Positions 24,764 through 37,941 are shown, counted from the stretch's first letter. The stretch: 56,371 nt of DNA from Octopus bimaculoides (GCF_001194135.2 NC_068998.1:49945820-50002190), one strand, 5' to 3'. Notes: generated by a model from the letters alone, not told the origin. Program-made: numbers and translations.

Positions 24764-24899
24764 CTTGTGCGCTTGTGTGAAAAGCGTGTGTATGTATGGC
24801 GGTCGTCCAAACCTCATGTAGAATCTGTCCGCGACTTGCAGTTACACGTTAGGAGGTATGATGCATCCTTTTAAGAATAGTTTGAAAAGCCACCCAAAT

Positions 24900-25400
24900 G
24901 CGTTGCATAACTGCTGTGGTCCACCAAGAGGAGCAGCTAAGTTCTCACATTCGTCGATCTAAAATGTAATTTGAAGGCTTCGTTAGATTTACTGATACTA
25001 TAGCGTATAATGCATTGACAAGTATGTACAGATACATAGAGAGAGTAGTTAGTGGAAGTTCGATTCGAATGTGGAAGTTCGATTATCTCATTGATTGTAG
25101 CATATTGCTTTAAAGTTATTTTGAGTTTCGCACAGGTTATCCTACTTCCTTCAATACCTTTCTCTCCACTCCACACTTTCAGAGGATACGCAGATTAGTT
25201 TCGGTTCACTTTAGGCCAGTATCATTAAACAATTGGGTATAAGACGCATTTGCCAAGTTAATGCCAGAAGTGATTTCAGTTGCACAAGTTCTCTTTCATT
25301 AGAGAATGATGAAAACTCTTTCAAAACTTTTCGTAGACCTCTAAACAGGTGTCGCCAAATTTTTCATAAAATGTGATGTAGATTCTCTACTCAACTTTCT
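24900..25400 (-). mobile_element. Highly decayed mariner-like transposase fragment
   Basis: Weak similarity to the HPxKxxLxVWW region; many stops. Confidence 0.35.
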
Positions 25401-25849
25401 CTGTCATGCTAAATGCTACACACGTCCCTTCGAAGCACCGCTGCATACAGCGGAAGTGAACCAAAATTTTAAAACATAGTGCCCATGGACAGCGTCAATC
25501 TCTCGCTTATAATCATGGAATATTACAGTATACGCCGGACGAGCGCCATGGTAGTAGTCTCGTGACTGAAACACACGCTGAGAATCGCATGTTAATGTTT
25601 GTATTCATGTTAATCTATAATTTATAATATCTATAATATAATCGATAATATTCATGTTAATCTATAATATATAAGACGGAAGATGTGTGTACGACCGTAT
25701 GTGACGGACCATTAGGTTTACTTCACGCTTTGGAGATGCGTCACTTAAGTTCCACAAATGGTTCAACGCTCTTCAGAGTTTTCACTTATGGCGTAATATG
25801 GAGTAATCGGCTTCTAGGTGAAAGGTAAGAAAAACCTTGTACGGAAACT

Positions 25850-26890
25850 GTTATGGACAAGGGACGTTACTCTTTGCGAAGTACCAGAGAGAAATTGATT
25901 GTCTCCCCTACACCGGAATATATGTGTCTGTATGTGTGTGTGTGTATGTGTGTGAACGTGTGTGTGAAATCCAAAGTAAATCTTTGCGAAGTAACGTTCA
26001 GAAATTGATTGCCTTCTTTACTACACTACAACCTCTTTCCCCGGCATTCGCACAGTGGACGGCCACTTATGCGTGCTCTGAAAGGGGACTTTTCGATACA
26101 CATGACCAATATGACAATGCTTTCGTAGAGGCCTTTCTGTGTCGTTCTCCGCATAATCTCTGACACCTTTTCTCAGTAATGCTGGTTTACTGCAACGTGA
26201 CAGACGCATATTTACTTTGGAATAAACAAAACCCTCAATGTACCATGATATTTTCCTTCAGACCCGCCAGACAAATCACATGTTCCGATGACTCTCCCAA
26301 TGCCCCTGCCATTTTTCACAGAATGTTTCTTCTCTTAGATGACAAGGTTATATCAATTGGAGGTCAACGATTGGACGCTTATTCTCTGAAAACTCCAGAC
26401 AGAAATGAAGACGCCTGTCCCAATCGACTCATTCTCAAAGAAACAGCCTACAACAATAACAGTCACAAACTCAAACAATACGTTGCTTAAAACGAGCCCC
26501 TCTGAATTACGCTCAGTTTCCTCCATTTCGTCCTCGGAGACATATACACACACACTGGCGGAATTACCTTCTTAGACGCACCGGTGGGACTAGAAAAAAA
26601 CATCCCCCCCCCCAGAATCTTCTCGTAAACTTGCGGCACAATGGTGACCTTGCTATAGCTGTAGCCTCGTGATAATTTCGTAGATAGTTCTTCATGGTTG
26701 TGCTTACCTGCATGTATTCTTTTCTGCGTGTATTCTGTATTCCTGTGATTTCTCTGTAGGATGCACCACATTTGCCAAATATGATCACATATACAACATA
26801 GGTCCTCTGACACATTTCAGGTTCATTGATGGGGCACTCATACATACACACATCTGCCAAATTCCTTAATTTCCTTAGGATGAGGTCATA
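25850..26890 (+). mobile_element. Helitron Rep/PIF1-helicase fragment, decayed
   Basis: TYACSERGLFD..EAFLCRSPHNL*HLFSVMLVYCNVTD..LW; DKVISIGGQRLDAYSLKTPDR..RLILKETAYN; GGITFLDAPVG (degenerate Walker A, FFLDAPGGTGKT); GDLAIAVAS. Confidence 0.85.
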
Positions 26891-27512
26891 ATTCCGAAAT
26901 ATTGAGTGCAAGGTAAATTTCCATTACTTATACTGTAGACTTTTTTCTTGTGTTTTACCTTGCATTTACTTCGCATTGTTCTGGCCATACCCACCATCTT
27001 TTGTAATATATACATACATATATATNNNNNNNNNNNNNNNNNNNNNNNNNNNNNNATATATATATATATATATATAGTATATCCATATACACATGCATAC
27101 ACATACACACATACTCCCATGCACATGCACACACATACACACAAGCACATGCACACACACACACGCACAAGCTGATACACACACATGCAAGGGCAGACAT
27201 ATGTAAAGATAGATAGATAGATATGATATGATAGTGTCAGTCATGATTGTTTATAAGTAAAAAATTGCACCTATTACCATTGACAATATCCTGAAACGTT
27301 TCTGATTGTTACTGAAAGCATTATATTTCTAGCTGTTTTTGAAGTTCCAAAGTTGTAGAACGTTTGAAACAAAGTAAGTAACAGGATTCAAGTGTTTACT
27401 TCCTTCCCCACTTCTTGTCACATACATTTCAAATACATAACATTTGTTGAACCAATAAGAATTACAGAATAATGAAAACAAATAGTTATTCCATGATAAC
27501 GTTTATTTAACT

Positions 27513-30288
27513 TTAGTTTAGATACATTACAAGATTAACGCCAAAAAGAGGAAGGGATACTCTTTGAATGGTCATCTGAAAAGAGAATAATGCAGTCACG
27601 TTCGAAGTAATTGGATATGAATAATACAAGAATGTTACTGTTTTAAGAATGGTAGTCTCAGAACTTCAAAGGCATTCTTGCATTAATTTAAACGTTCCTT
27701 ATTAATTACTGTATTGCTTCTTTCACAAGTTGACTGATATCTATTTACAGAAACAACAAAAATAACTGTTCACAGAAACGTCAAAGATAACAACTACACA
27801 TGTTCGTGTTTAGCAGACGATTAACTATAAATCAAAGCCTCAATGATATTAAAATATCCCGTGAGAAAATTAAAAGTATTCTCCTCGCGGAAATTGGCAT
27901 GACGAGGATGTCTCCGACATCTGACACCTGACAATAAATACATCAGGTGGATCACGTCAAAGGGAAAACCTGATATTGTTTGAAGACGGTCCAGCAGTTT
28001 TCCTTGGATGTTAACTAACACTGCATGAGTGCTGTCTTTATCACTTTGAACTAGAGAAAACGGCACAATCTATGGAATAGGAACATCCCGACAAACCTAC
28101 ACCTAAGAAGACCAAAGTTGTTTGATTTGCAGGGAGGTTGATTGATGCTGACTATTGGGATGCAAAGTAACTGTGCTTATTGACTGCCTTCAAAACAGTC
28201 ATAATATCAAAGGAGAGTAGATGCCAATTTGCTGTTTTCTGGTGAAAATGCCTATTAACACATACCTCCCAGGGAAAATGACGGAATGATTTATGTTTCA
28301 GGAGTAAAATGGTCCAGCACAAACATCATTGTTTTCTATGGCTGCTGCGCTTTGAACTCGTCAATTACTCCATTTATTGTTCTGATGTGTACCCATGTGA
28401 CTATCATTGATTCTCTTACGAGAAAGAAAATGTGCTGGGATCATTTATCACACTGTTAATGAAGTGTTATCCGCTGTTGATGGAAGCAACAGGATTACAA
28501 CTACTTCATCAATGGAATCCAGGTTGGAAAGTGAGTGGACTGCAATGTTTCACAATACATTATAGTATTCAGTCTGTAAGCGTTTCAATATATCCTCCTA
28601 TATTCATCTTCATTAACTACTGTTGAGATTTACCACCAAATTTAGTGAACTAGTTCCTGATGGCGTTGAATTTGAAACCGAAATAAAAAAAAAAGATACC
28701 AGCAATTCAACGATGATATCTCAGGCCTGTCAGCTCAGTGTGGCGCAATATGACAAAGAGATACAGGTTCAAACTCCCAGAAGGGTTTGACTAATTCACC
28801 CATTGCTCTTTCAGTAATACGAAGTGTACAAGATATGAAGCAAAGAACTGGAGATCATAGAAACGTTCCACATTTTGCAGCAATTTTCCCTATTCAAAAG
28901 TAATTCTTTAATTCGTGTAAATATCATTAAATATTTCTCTCAGTTCAATAATGTAATATTAAAGGTAATATGAAGTTAGTGTATTCCTATTAGCGAGATA
29001 TCAGATTTCCGACAGTAATGGTATCTAGCACTGGTAGCATAAATTTGGCAGGGCAATAAATATATTTTGAAGGAGTAGTTATAATGGAATGACGTACCTC
29101 CTTTCCATTAAAATGGCATGATTTCTGTAAACCAAATAAAATGTATTTCTTGAAAATATATCCAACAAATTAGTATTTTTTTATGTTGTCACATACATGA
29201 ATTCAAACATACAATGTTCATAATAAAGATGATTTAATATACTCTAAGTGAAATTATCAGCTGTATGAATCTATTTTAACGTAGTAATCACTCAGCGATC
29301 TGTGTTTCTGATAAAATATAACCTATTGCCACTTATTAGTTTGTTTACAAATGTTTTGAAGATAGGTTCCGAGGTATAATAAAGATTTGTGTTTGTCAAA
29401 AGAATTCAGTTCTCGTTATCAATGTAGAAATGCTTCTAATTCATACTTAAGTATTCCAATTTCGCTGGTCAGAATTAAAATTGAACAGACAGACTCGTTG
29501 CAAGCTAAAAGTACAGTTTAGAAAATGACTTTTAATTCTAAGGACCATCGGAACCAAACAGGTAATATAGTTATAACAACACACTTACTATACAAGAACT
29601 GTTCGATTCAAAAAGTTCATGACACACGGGATAGATAGAATGACGAAAGCACTCAAGGAACATATCAAACAACCTGCAAATGAAATGTGAGATGGGAATT
29701 CCGAAGGTACATCCATACATATATTCATATATATATATATATACATAAATATCTGTACAAAAATCCACACACACAAATACACACGCATATATATATATAT
29801 ATACGTGTGCTTGTTTGTGCGTGAGTGTGTGTGAGTGTGTTTGTGTCAATGATGGTTCTCTACTCTTTATGCAGAATGTGACGATCTCTTACACTTATAC
29901 CTAAGATCTATCATGGGGTCTAATGCGACCTTTTAAATCAATGTCTCACATAAATTACATTTCTGTTTGGCACGGTTAGATCTGTACTTAAGATCTGATT
30001 TTGTGTACCTAAAAATGAGTTACCGAGCCTCCGTTCAATTGGCAGACATTATGATGTAAAAGGCATTGAAAGGAAGGCTCAGATAAATAGTCGCATTATT
30101 TAGTAGAAGTTTGTTTGTCATTGGTCCGCAAATAAGATTCATGTTAATACTTATCCAGTCCTTACAGATCTTTTTAACTTTAACACTGATAACGTTGTAA
30201 TCCTATGGATAACTTCCTGTTGACCTACCAGACTCCTCTATGCAGTCTCTGGGCCATTATTATTTACGGTCGAAAGAAAACACACACA

Positions 30289-30320
<32 letters not shown>

Positions 30321-31711
30321 NNNNNNNNNNNNNNNNNNNNNNNNNNNNNNNNNNNNNNNNNNNNNNNNNNNNNNNNNNNNNNNNNNNNNNNNNNNNNNNN
30401 NNNNNNNNNNNNNNNNNNNNNNNNNNNNNNNNNNNNNNNNNNNNNNNNNNNNNNNNNNNNNNNNNNNNNNNNNNNNNNNNNNNNNNNNNNNNNNNNNNNN
30501 NNNNNNNNNNNNNNNNNNNNNNNNNNNNNNNNNNNNNNNNNNNNNNNNNNNNNNNNNNNNNNNNNNNNNNNNNNNNNNNNNNNNNNNNNNNNNNNNNNNN
30601 NNNNNNNNNNNNNNNNNNNNNNNNNNNNNNNNNNNNNNNNNNNNNNNNNNNNNNNNNNNNNNNNNNNNNNNNNNNNNNNNNNNNNNNNNNNNNNNNNNNN
30701 NNNNNNNNNNNNNNNNNNNNNNNNNNNNNNNNNNNNNNNNNNNNNNNNNNNNNNNNNNNNNNNNNNNNNNNNNNNNNNNNNNNNNNNNNNNNNNNNTATA
30801 TATATACATAAATATATATATATATACATATTAATATAATATATACAGAGAGAAATAGAGAGATGTATAAAAAGAAAGCAGAAATATCGACATACAAACA
30901 TCAAATTACTAAAACAATATCAATTCCTAACAATATCAAATGCATAGAAGCTAGAATTGTATGTGTGTGTACGTGTGTGTGTGTGTGTTTATGTGTGTGT
31001 TTATGTGTGTGTTTTTTTTCTTGTGTGTGTTTGTATTGCCTATAATTTCGTCTCCGTGAGATTACAATGTGCGTGATTAAAATTACATGTGCATTTTTAT
31101 GTAAATTTGTTAATTTCAAGTTTGCAGTAAATATATTAATTTGCAGATATTTGATACTCACCTGCATTCCTTTCTCCTGTGTCCATATTCTTCAAATTCC
31201 TTTGGACACTCCTCTTTCGCTACTTTTATGCATTCTTTCTCAATGGTGCTGGTCGATGAAACTATACATACAAAAATTTATTTACAATTCATAAAACCCC
31301 CTAAATACTTATTTTGGGGTTTAGAATTAACCGAATTTCCTAGCAGAAAAGAGAGCAAGTTCATTTCATAGATATTTTATTCCAGTTAAAATGAAATATT
31401 TATATGAAAACACTGATATTTAAATTCACTCTTCTATTTAGAGAAAGGCAGACACACATATAAACACATACATACACACAGACACATCAAACCCAAACAT
31501 ATATGTGTGTCTTTGCACGCGTGTGTGTGTATGTGTGTGTGTGTGTGTGTGTGTGTNNNNNNNNNNAAATAATATATATTTGAAGAAACACAACGAACAT
31601 TTATTAGGTTATAGCAGTACGTATTAATAATAATAAGAAGAAGACGAAGAAGAAGACGAAGAAGAAGACGAAGAAATCGAAGAAGAAGTAGAAGAAGAAG
31701 AAGAAGATCAT

Positions 31712-31742
<31 letters not shown>

Positions 31743-32063
31743 AGCAACAACAGAAACATCAATAATAACAACTGCAACAATAATACCAATAATAATAATA
31801 ATAGTAATAATAATTATAATAATAATTAATGCCATCATGCAGTACTAAGTAGCGGTTCTCATGGTTTCTCATCTTAACTGACTGAGAGTGTTATCATGTA
31901 CATTGTTTTGCCTTGGTATAAAAGACTGTTTACAGCAATTATTTTCATCTGAGTGGTACAGAGAAATATATTGAAACTTATTCATTTATTAATTAGTAAT
32001 GGAATAATCGTGATACTTACCACATGCAAAAACGGAAAAGAACACATACGTTTTCATCATCAT
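27513..32063 (-). CDS. Locus L4, complete 105-aa model: exons 32063-32021, 31261-31162, 29673-29589, 29124-29098, 27575-27513
   Basis: MMMKTYVFFSVFAC-V-SSTSTIEKECIKVAKEECPKEFEEYGHRRKEC-R-LFDMFLECFRHSIYPVCHELFESNSSCI-KSCHFNGKE-MTIQRVSLPLFGVNLVMYLN*. All GT-AG, phases 1/2/0/0, no stops. Confidence 0.82.
27630..28600 (+). mobile_element. Degenerate mariner copy F in intron 4 of L4
   Basis: Colinear with copies A/B, with the same flanks and no nested insertion. Confidence 0.8.
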
Positions 32064-32345
32064 TTCGTCTAGTAAACACCGCAGTAACTTAAAAAAGAAT
32101 TCTGTAGACGATTTATTTTTAATATGAAATATAATGTAACATATGTCTCTCCCCAAGATTGTAAGTATTTCCAATAGTAAAGATTATGAAGCAGTGGTTG
32201 TTGTAGAGTTAGCTAACAGTGTCTATATTATTGATTTAAGCAGCAAGCTATCCAACGCCACTTACGTTTCCCAATACACCAAGCTGTTTCGGTGTCTCTG
32301 AAAACTAGTGTGCACAAACATCTCCAGGTTTAGCCCAAGACGCGT

Positions 32346-32376
<31 letters not shown>

Positions 32377-32667
32377 TTATTTATTTATGTATATATATNN
32401 NNNNNNNNNNNNNNNNNNNNNNNNNNNNNNNNNNNNNNNNNNNNNNNNNNNNNNNNNNNNNNNNNNNNNNNNNNNNNNNNNNNNNNNNNNNNNNNNNNNN
32501 NNNNNNNNNNNNNNNNNNNNNNNNNNNNNNNNNNNNNNNNNNNNNNNNNNNNNNNNNNNNNNNNNNNNNNNNNNNNNNNNNNNNNNNNNNNNNNNNNNNN
32601 NNNNNNNNNNNNNNNNNNNNNNNNNNNNNNNNNNNNNNNNNNNNNNNNNNNNNNNNNNNNNNNNNNN

Positions 32668-32700
<33 letters not shown>

Positions 32701-33184
32701 CAAAATAAGCAAACAAGGATATACAAAGTTGATGCAGTACGATCGTTTCATGCAACGCAATTTATTTAAGCAATGTGAACATTACATTAAATGTAAAATG
32801 CAGAGCAATCCTTAGCTGCACAAAACATACAAATTTACTGAAATTTCATTTCAACAGAAGGACATATTGTTGTAATTACATTTAAACTTTCCAAATGGAA
32901 AGGAAGAATACAAGAAAACATTTCGACTTAGCCAAACCATACAGGCTAGCCTGTAATGGTCTGGCTAAGTCATTGCTCAAGTGCCGTCGGAGCTGTGCCA
33001 ATGTATGCAGCTCAGTCCCTGAAAGATTAGCAAAGTTCATTCAGCTCCACGGAGAGCATAAGAAGCTTTAATAAACATCACGTTTTATGTTGCAAGAAAC
33101 ATAAGTGTACCTTGTGTTACATTCTGTATTGTAGTAGCTTATTTCTTCTATGTTACATTTATAATTATTACATCTATCTATCTT

Positions 33185-33282
<98 letters not shown>

Positions 33283-33439
33283 TATTAATATAATATTAAT
33301 AAGTAAAAGGAATCATTATAATTATCATCATTGGTATACTACTACTAATAATAATAATCCCTTTAAATTTTTTGGACAGCACCAACAAAATTGGTCGGCC
33401 GCTTACATAGACCTCAGTGTTTTACTGGAACTTAATTTA

Positions 33440-33900
33440 TGCAGCCACTCTTCTAATTCACCATATATGTAAAGGTTTCACAACCTCTGACATATCATGC
33501 CGTGATCCACCTTATCAAAGGCCATTCCGATGTCAAGATGTATAACGCTGACATCTGATTGGTCAAACAGCTGCTTTAAAACCCAGTCTTAGCTCCACAA
33601 TATCTGTATGAGGTAGCTTCTTTCTGGTTGGGAGCCATGCTGTGTATCGTTCAACAATTTATTTTCTGATGATTCGCTTCATGACTTTGTTGATAACTGA
33701 AGTCGCCTTTGTGGATAGATCTTATAAAAACTCCTTTGTGTTTCATAGAAAGTTTAGCGGTGAGACCAAAACTCTGGAAATGTATCTGATGTGGTTTTAC
33801 TAAAGCATGCTTACATGATATGCGAAGGAGAACTAGGAAGCTATGAGGACAATTTTCTTAGCTTAAGCGCATTTCCATCGTGCCTACTTTGCATCTTCCC
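33440..33900 (-). mobile_element. Non-LTR retrotransposon reverse transcriptase fragment (CR1/L2-like)
   Basis: QHGSQPERSYLIQIL..DWVLKQL..VIHLDIGMAFDKVDHGMIC matches the RT QHGF..RS..YLDFxKAFDKVDH motif. Confidence 0.8.
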
Positions 33901-34142
33901 CCTTAATCAGATATAATCGACCGTTGCAAGTTTTGTCTGCAGAGCTAGAATGTAAAAGAATTCAGTCAGGTTTTTATTTGCTTCTTTCCGAGTGCAGAAT
34001 TGAATATACATAATAGTTTCCTGATTCCTAGAATTGCCCTTTTCTGGAGCTGCAGTTTGTGAGACTTATTTTCTATTGTACTGTGTATATATCCTTTGTA
34101 TTTTATTGTACTGTGTATATGTCCTTTCTCACTTTCTCTCTC

Positions 34143-34248
<106 letters not shown>

Positions 34249-34354
34249 ACTACTTTCTAATTCATGAAAAACTTTAATTTTGTTTTCTACCTCCGGAAAA
34301 TATGTAATTTATTGAAGTTCACACTTTGTATTTTTTGATATTATTATTACTATT

Positions 34355-34493
34355 AAGGTCACCGCCTGGAATAGAACACGGAATCTTAAGGTTAGTAGAC
34401 CGCGCTGTTAATCACTATGCCATATGCCCGTAGTGGTTAAGAGTGCGGGTTACTAACCGCAGGAGACCGAGTCCGATTCCAGACGGTGACCTT
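34355..34493. repeat. Head-to-head palindrome of two tRNA-like heads flanked by (TTA)n/(TAA)n
   Basis: The left arm reverse-complements to ATGGCATAGTGATTAACAGCGCGG..TTCTATTCCAGGCGGTGACCTT, matching the right arm ..GTAGTGGTTAAGAGTGCGGG..TCCGATTCCAGACGGTGACCTT. Confidence 0.8.
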
Positions 34494-35504
34494 AATAATA
34501 ATAATAATAATAACAACATAAGAAAATACCTTAGCACTGAGAACCCAGGTTCGAAATTTCCCCCAGACACCTGATGAAAGCTGGTGGGTATATAAGGCAA
34601 AACGTTGTGTTGACAACAAACAAGATGAGGACAAATATCCGTCAAATGTAAATAATGTAAATAATGTACATAATTCCTCATCACTTAAATATAGAACTGT
34701 ACTTTCTTCTTGCTCTGTAATTTTCCAGGCTTAAATGCTATTCTATATTTATCCACATTGAATACTTAAGACTATTATAGGATTCTGCTCCCGTTTAGTC
34801 AAGTCATTTTTATTCCATGTAAAACTACTAATATCATAATTAAATCTATTTATATTTATGATTGAAAAGATTCATATTATTGTATATGCTTTTTGAATTT
34901 TTTTTCAATCTTAGAAATTGTATCCATCTAAAAAATCATGGAGTATAAATAGCAGTATATATATACCATAAACATTTATCTTTTATATCATGTTTATACT
35001 AGAAAATGCTAATATCTAATTAAATAATTAATAATTAATTTTTTAATGAGTGCTCTTTTTATTAGTTTTATAGTTTTCATATGTACATATTTTGATAAGT
35101 AAAAAATAAAGAGAATAATAAGAATTAATAGGAATTTGCAAGAAAACCATATTTCTTTGTTTATTATTTTTAGACAGGATTCCCCAAGAATATTCGTCTC
35201 ATGCTGTTTCATTTGAGATCAAATAACATTATTTTTCTTTTTTCTAGTAAAATAATATTTCGCCTTCTTCAAAATATCACCTCTTTTTAATTCTTCAAGC
35301 CACAGAATGTTTTTATTGGCACGTTTTCATCATAATATTCTTCTCATATAGCACATTCTTCTAAACTAATTCGCGTCCGTAGAATAGCTGTTAATGTAGC
35401 GTACCCATACACCCTTAGAAAACAGGAAAATAATAAAGTTAAAAAGAAACGATATTTTATGGGGTCTGTATTTACTTCAGTCATTTGTGTATCTATGTAT
35501 ATAT

Positions 35505-36110
35505 ACAGGTTGCGGTGAATAAATTGTCGTCTAAATTACCCACAAATGGAATTAATTCTGATGTTTCATTTTAGGAGATATATTTACCGAAATTGCACAA
35601 AAATATCTGGAAAATCCAAAGGGTTTATTTCTTGAATATAATCGCCATTGGCGACCTCGGAATCACGTGCTGCAGTCTGGGGAGTTGCGTGACCTGATGT
35701 TGGGGGTGATGTCGGAGAAATTTTCTGACAGGGATGATTGTCTTCTCCGGCTTGTGTGGCATGGGGTGGAGTGCTGTTGCTAAACATACGGTCTTGTTTT
35801 CCCACTGTAGCACAGCCTCCTCCAGGCACTTGATACAGGCCTTCGTATTGAGTCTGAGGCCGAGTAGGAAATGCAATTATTAGGGATTTCTTCAAACACC
35901 ATGATGTTTCAATTTTTCACACTGGTTACATTCGCTGTTCTCAGATCCACATTCAAACACTCTGAATTGTTTGCATTGGAGCTTCCAGGGTCAAACAGTA
36001 CGACATACCGTTTCCCAATATCTGTCAGGGAGCATTACATCATGGTGCTGTTATACTCAAAGACGGAGGCCAGCTGATGCTACTAAGAGAGTTTCAAAAC
36101 CCTTACCTGT
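35505..36110 (-). mobile_element. DD37D (maT-like) transposon, decayed
   Basis: GLRLNTKACIKCLEEAVL; RPYV*QQHSTPCHTSRR..SENF..ITPN..NSPDC; VANGDYIQ. Confidence 0.8.
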
Positions 36111-36583
36111 TTAGAAATAACAGTCAAAACCGCTATAATTAAATCTATTTTTTCTCTCATTATTTTTCTTCACGATAGAAGCCGCCTGTGGGCAACATGA
36201 AAAATAGAATCCACAACTTAAAAATAACTGATTAATTTTAATGTTAGGAGACTAATAAGGGACCCTGACATTAACGTATGTTTATTACTTACAATAAATT
36301 TTGTAGGAACCGATTAATAACTATATAATTTATAAAAGGAAACATTTATTTAGAAAATACAACACGGTCCAAATATATAGTTAATATGATTGTTGGCTAT
36401 TTCAATATACGATTCATTCACATTTGTATGGACCCAGAATATATAAACTTATATTTTGTCGAATATGAAATTACAATAAAACACCATTTGAAGATAGACG
36501 GTGACACAGCATTAACAATGGTGGTAACTTTTCCAAATTTCATTTAGAATATTAATGCAAGTGGTTATTTTTTTAATACCTAC

Positions 36584-37163
36584 CGGTAGACAGGGCTTGC
36601 GCCTGATTTTAGTGTAGGTTTGTCGGGACAATTAAATGCTGAGAAACCTTCACACCAACCGAGAATGCTGCAAGTTGATACACCTACGATTTGAAAGAAA
36701 CATTTTAAATCATGTAATTACATTGATCTTTAAGTTAAACTGTCAGTCTATCTTAAATCGTTAGCAGAAAGAAGAACAGAAGTTCTTTTCTATTTACATT
36801 AGTATATATATTAGAGAGTAAAATAGTGGAATATTTCTATCTAAAAAATCATAATAAAGATAAGTATATAAAGTATAAAATATTAGCGATATTGTTTTTA
36901 TAAATAAATAAATAAAGTATAGCTATGATTATTAAAATGTTTTAAAACATTTAAAATTCCTTACGATGGTTTCGTGATATTATTTTTAGTAATATATAAC
37001 CATTCTCAGGAATCTCTAAATGTCTTTTAAAATTTTAGACACATTTCATACTAGACCACTTAATTGACATCCAGTACACTTTGTTTGGAAAGTGGATATT
37101 TAATTAGCTATATACACACAGACACACACACACAAACACACTCACACACACACACACACACGC

Positions 37164-37239
<76 letters not shown>

Positions 37240-37363
37240 GTGTGTGTGTGTGTGTGTGTGAGTGTGTTTGTGTGTGTGTATGTGTGTGTATATAGTTAAT
37301 TAAATATGCACTTTCCAAACAAGGTGTACTGGATGTCAATTATATATATATATATATATACAA

Positions 37364-37394
<31 letters not shown>

Positions 37395-37941
37395 TAAATA
37401 TACATAGATACACACACGCTCGTATATGTATATATATAAATTTATATATATATATAACTAATTTAGAGACAACCCACTACTCTACAACTCAGCCAACCAA
37501 GAACCCGTCCAATGCTGTGAAGCACATACCATGGTATAATGTGTCATATAAAACATATTTTACTCTTAGTGTTGTTGAGAAAAGTTTATATTTTTAAAGT
37601 TGTTTCGTGTTAAAATTGTCGTATTTCGGTAATTTCAACCAATCACTGACGTCTATTGAGGTGAAAACAATTACTGCTGTGGATTGTAAAAAACACGTTT
37701 TTACGGTGTAATGGGAACTTTTCCCTTGAATAAAATTAGTGCCGTTGTTTATCAACAACAACTATCGGCGGTACTGTTATTTATGACTTCGTTCGTGCGT
37801 TTGTAGTAGTTTTAGCTCTAAGGTTTTAGAGTTAGGGTTAGGGTTAGGGTTTTAGGGTTTGATATTATCATATCAATTAGGGAAATAGTAATAATGATAC
37901 TTACTAATTAAGAGAACAAAAATAAAAGCTGAAATTTTCAT
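36584..37941 (-). CDS. Locus L5, 5' half only: exon 1 37941-37905, exon 2 36683-36584; intact downstream exons not found (possible pseudogene)
   Basis: MKISAFIFVLLI-S-VSTCSILGWCEGFSAFNCPDKPTLKSGASPVY-R. Exon 2 is exactly 100 nt, phase 1-2, with C10/C18 kept and C32 replaced by Y (TAC). Confidence 0.6.
37061..37342. repeat. Near-perfect foldback with (CA)n-(TA)n-(TG)n core, in L5 intron 1
   Basis: TAATTGACATCCAGTACACTTTGTTTGGAAAGTG at the left end mirrors CACTTTCCAAACAAGGTGTACTGGATGTCAATTA at the right. Confidence 0.85.
37832..37857 (+). repeat. Short interstitial (TTAGGG)n
   Basis: Three tandem TTAGGG units plus one more. Confidence 0.6.

Noticed and set aside
31600-31830. Low-complexity ORFs (poly-L/poly-I/poly-V on -) suggesting a membrane protein
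   Set aside because: These are translations of (GAA)n/(CAA)n/(TAA)n tracts in L4 intron 1.
37832-37857. Telomere or chromosome-fusion scar
   Set aside because: Only four TTAGGG units, in one orientation and apparently embedded in an interspersed repeat.
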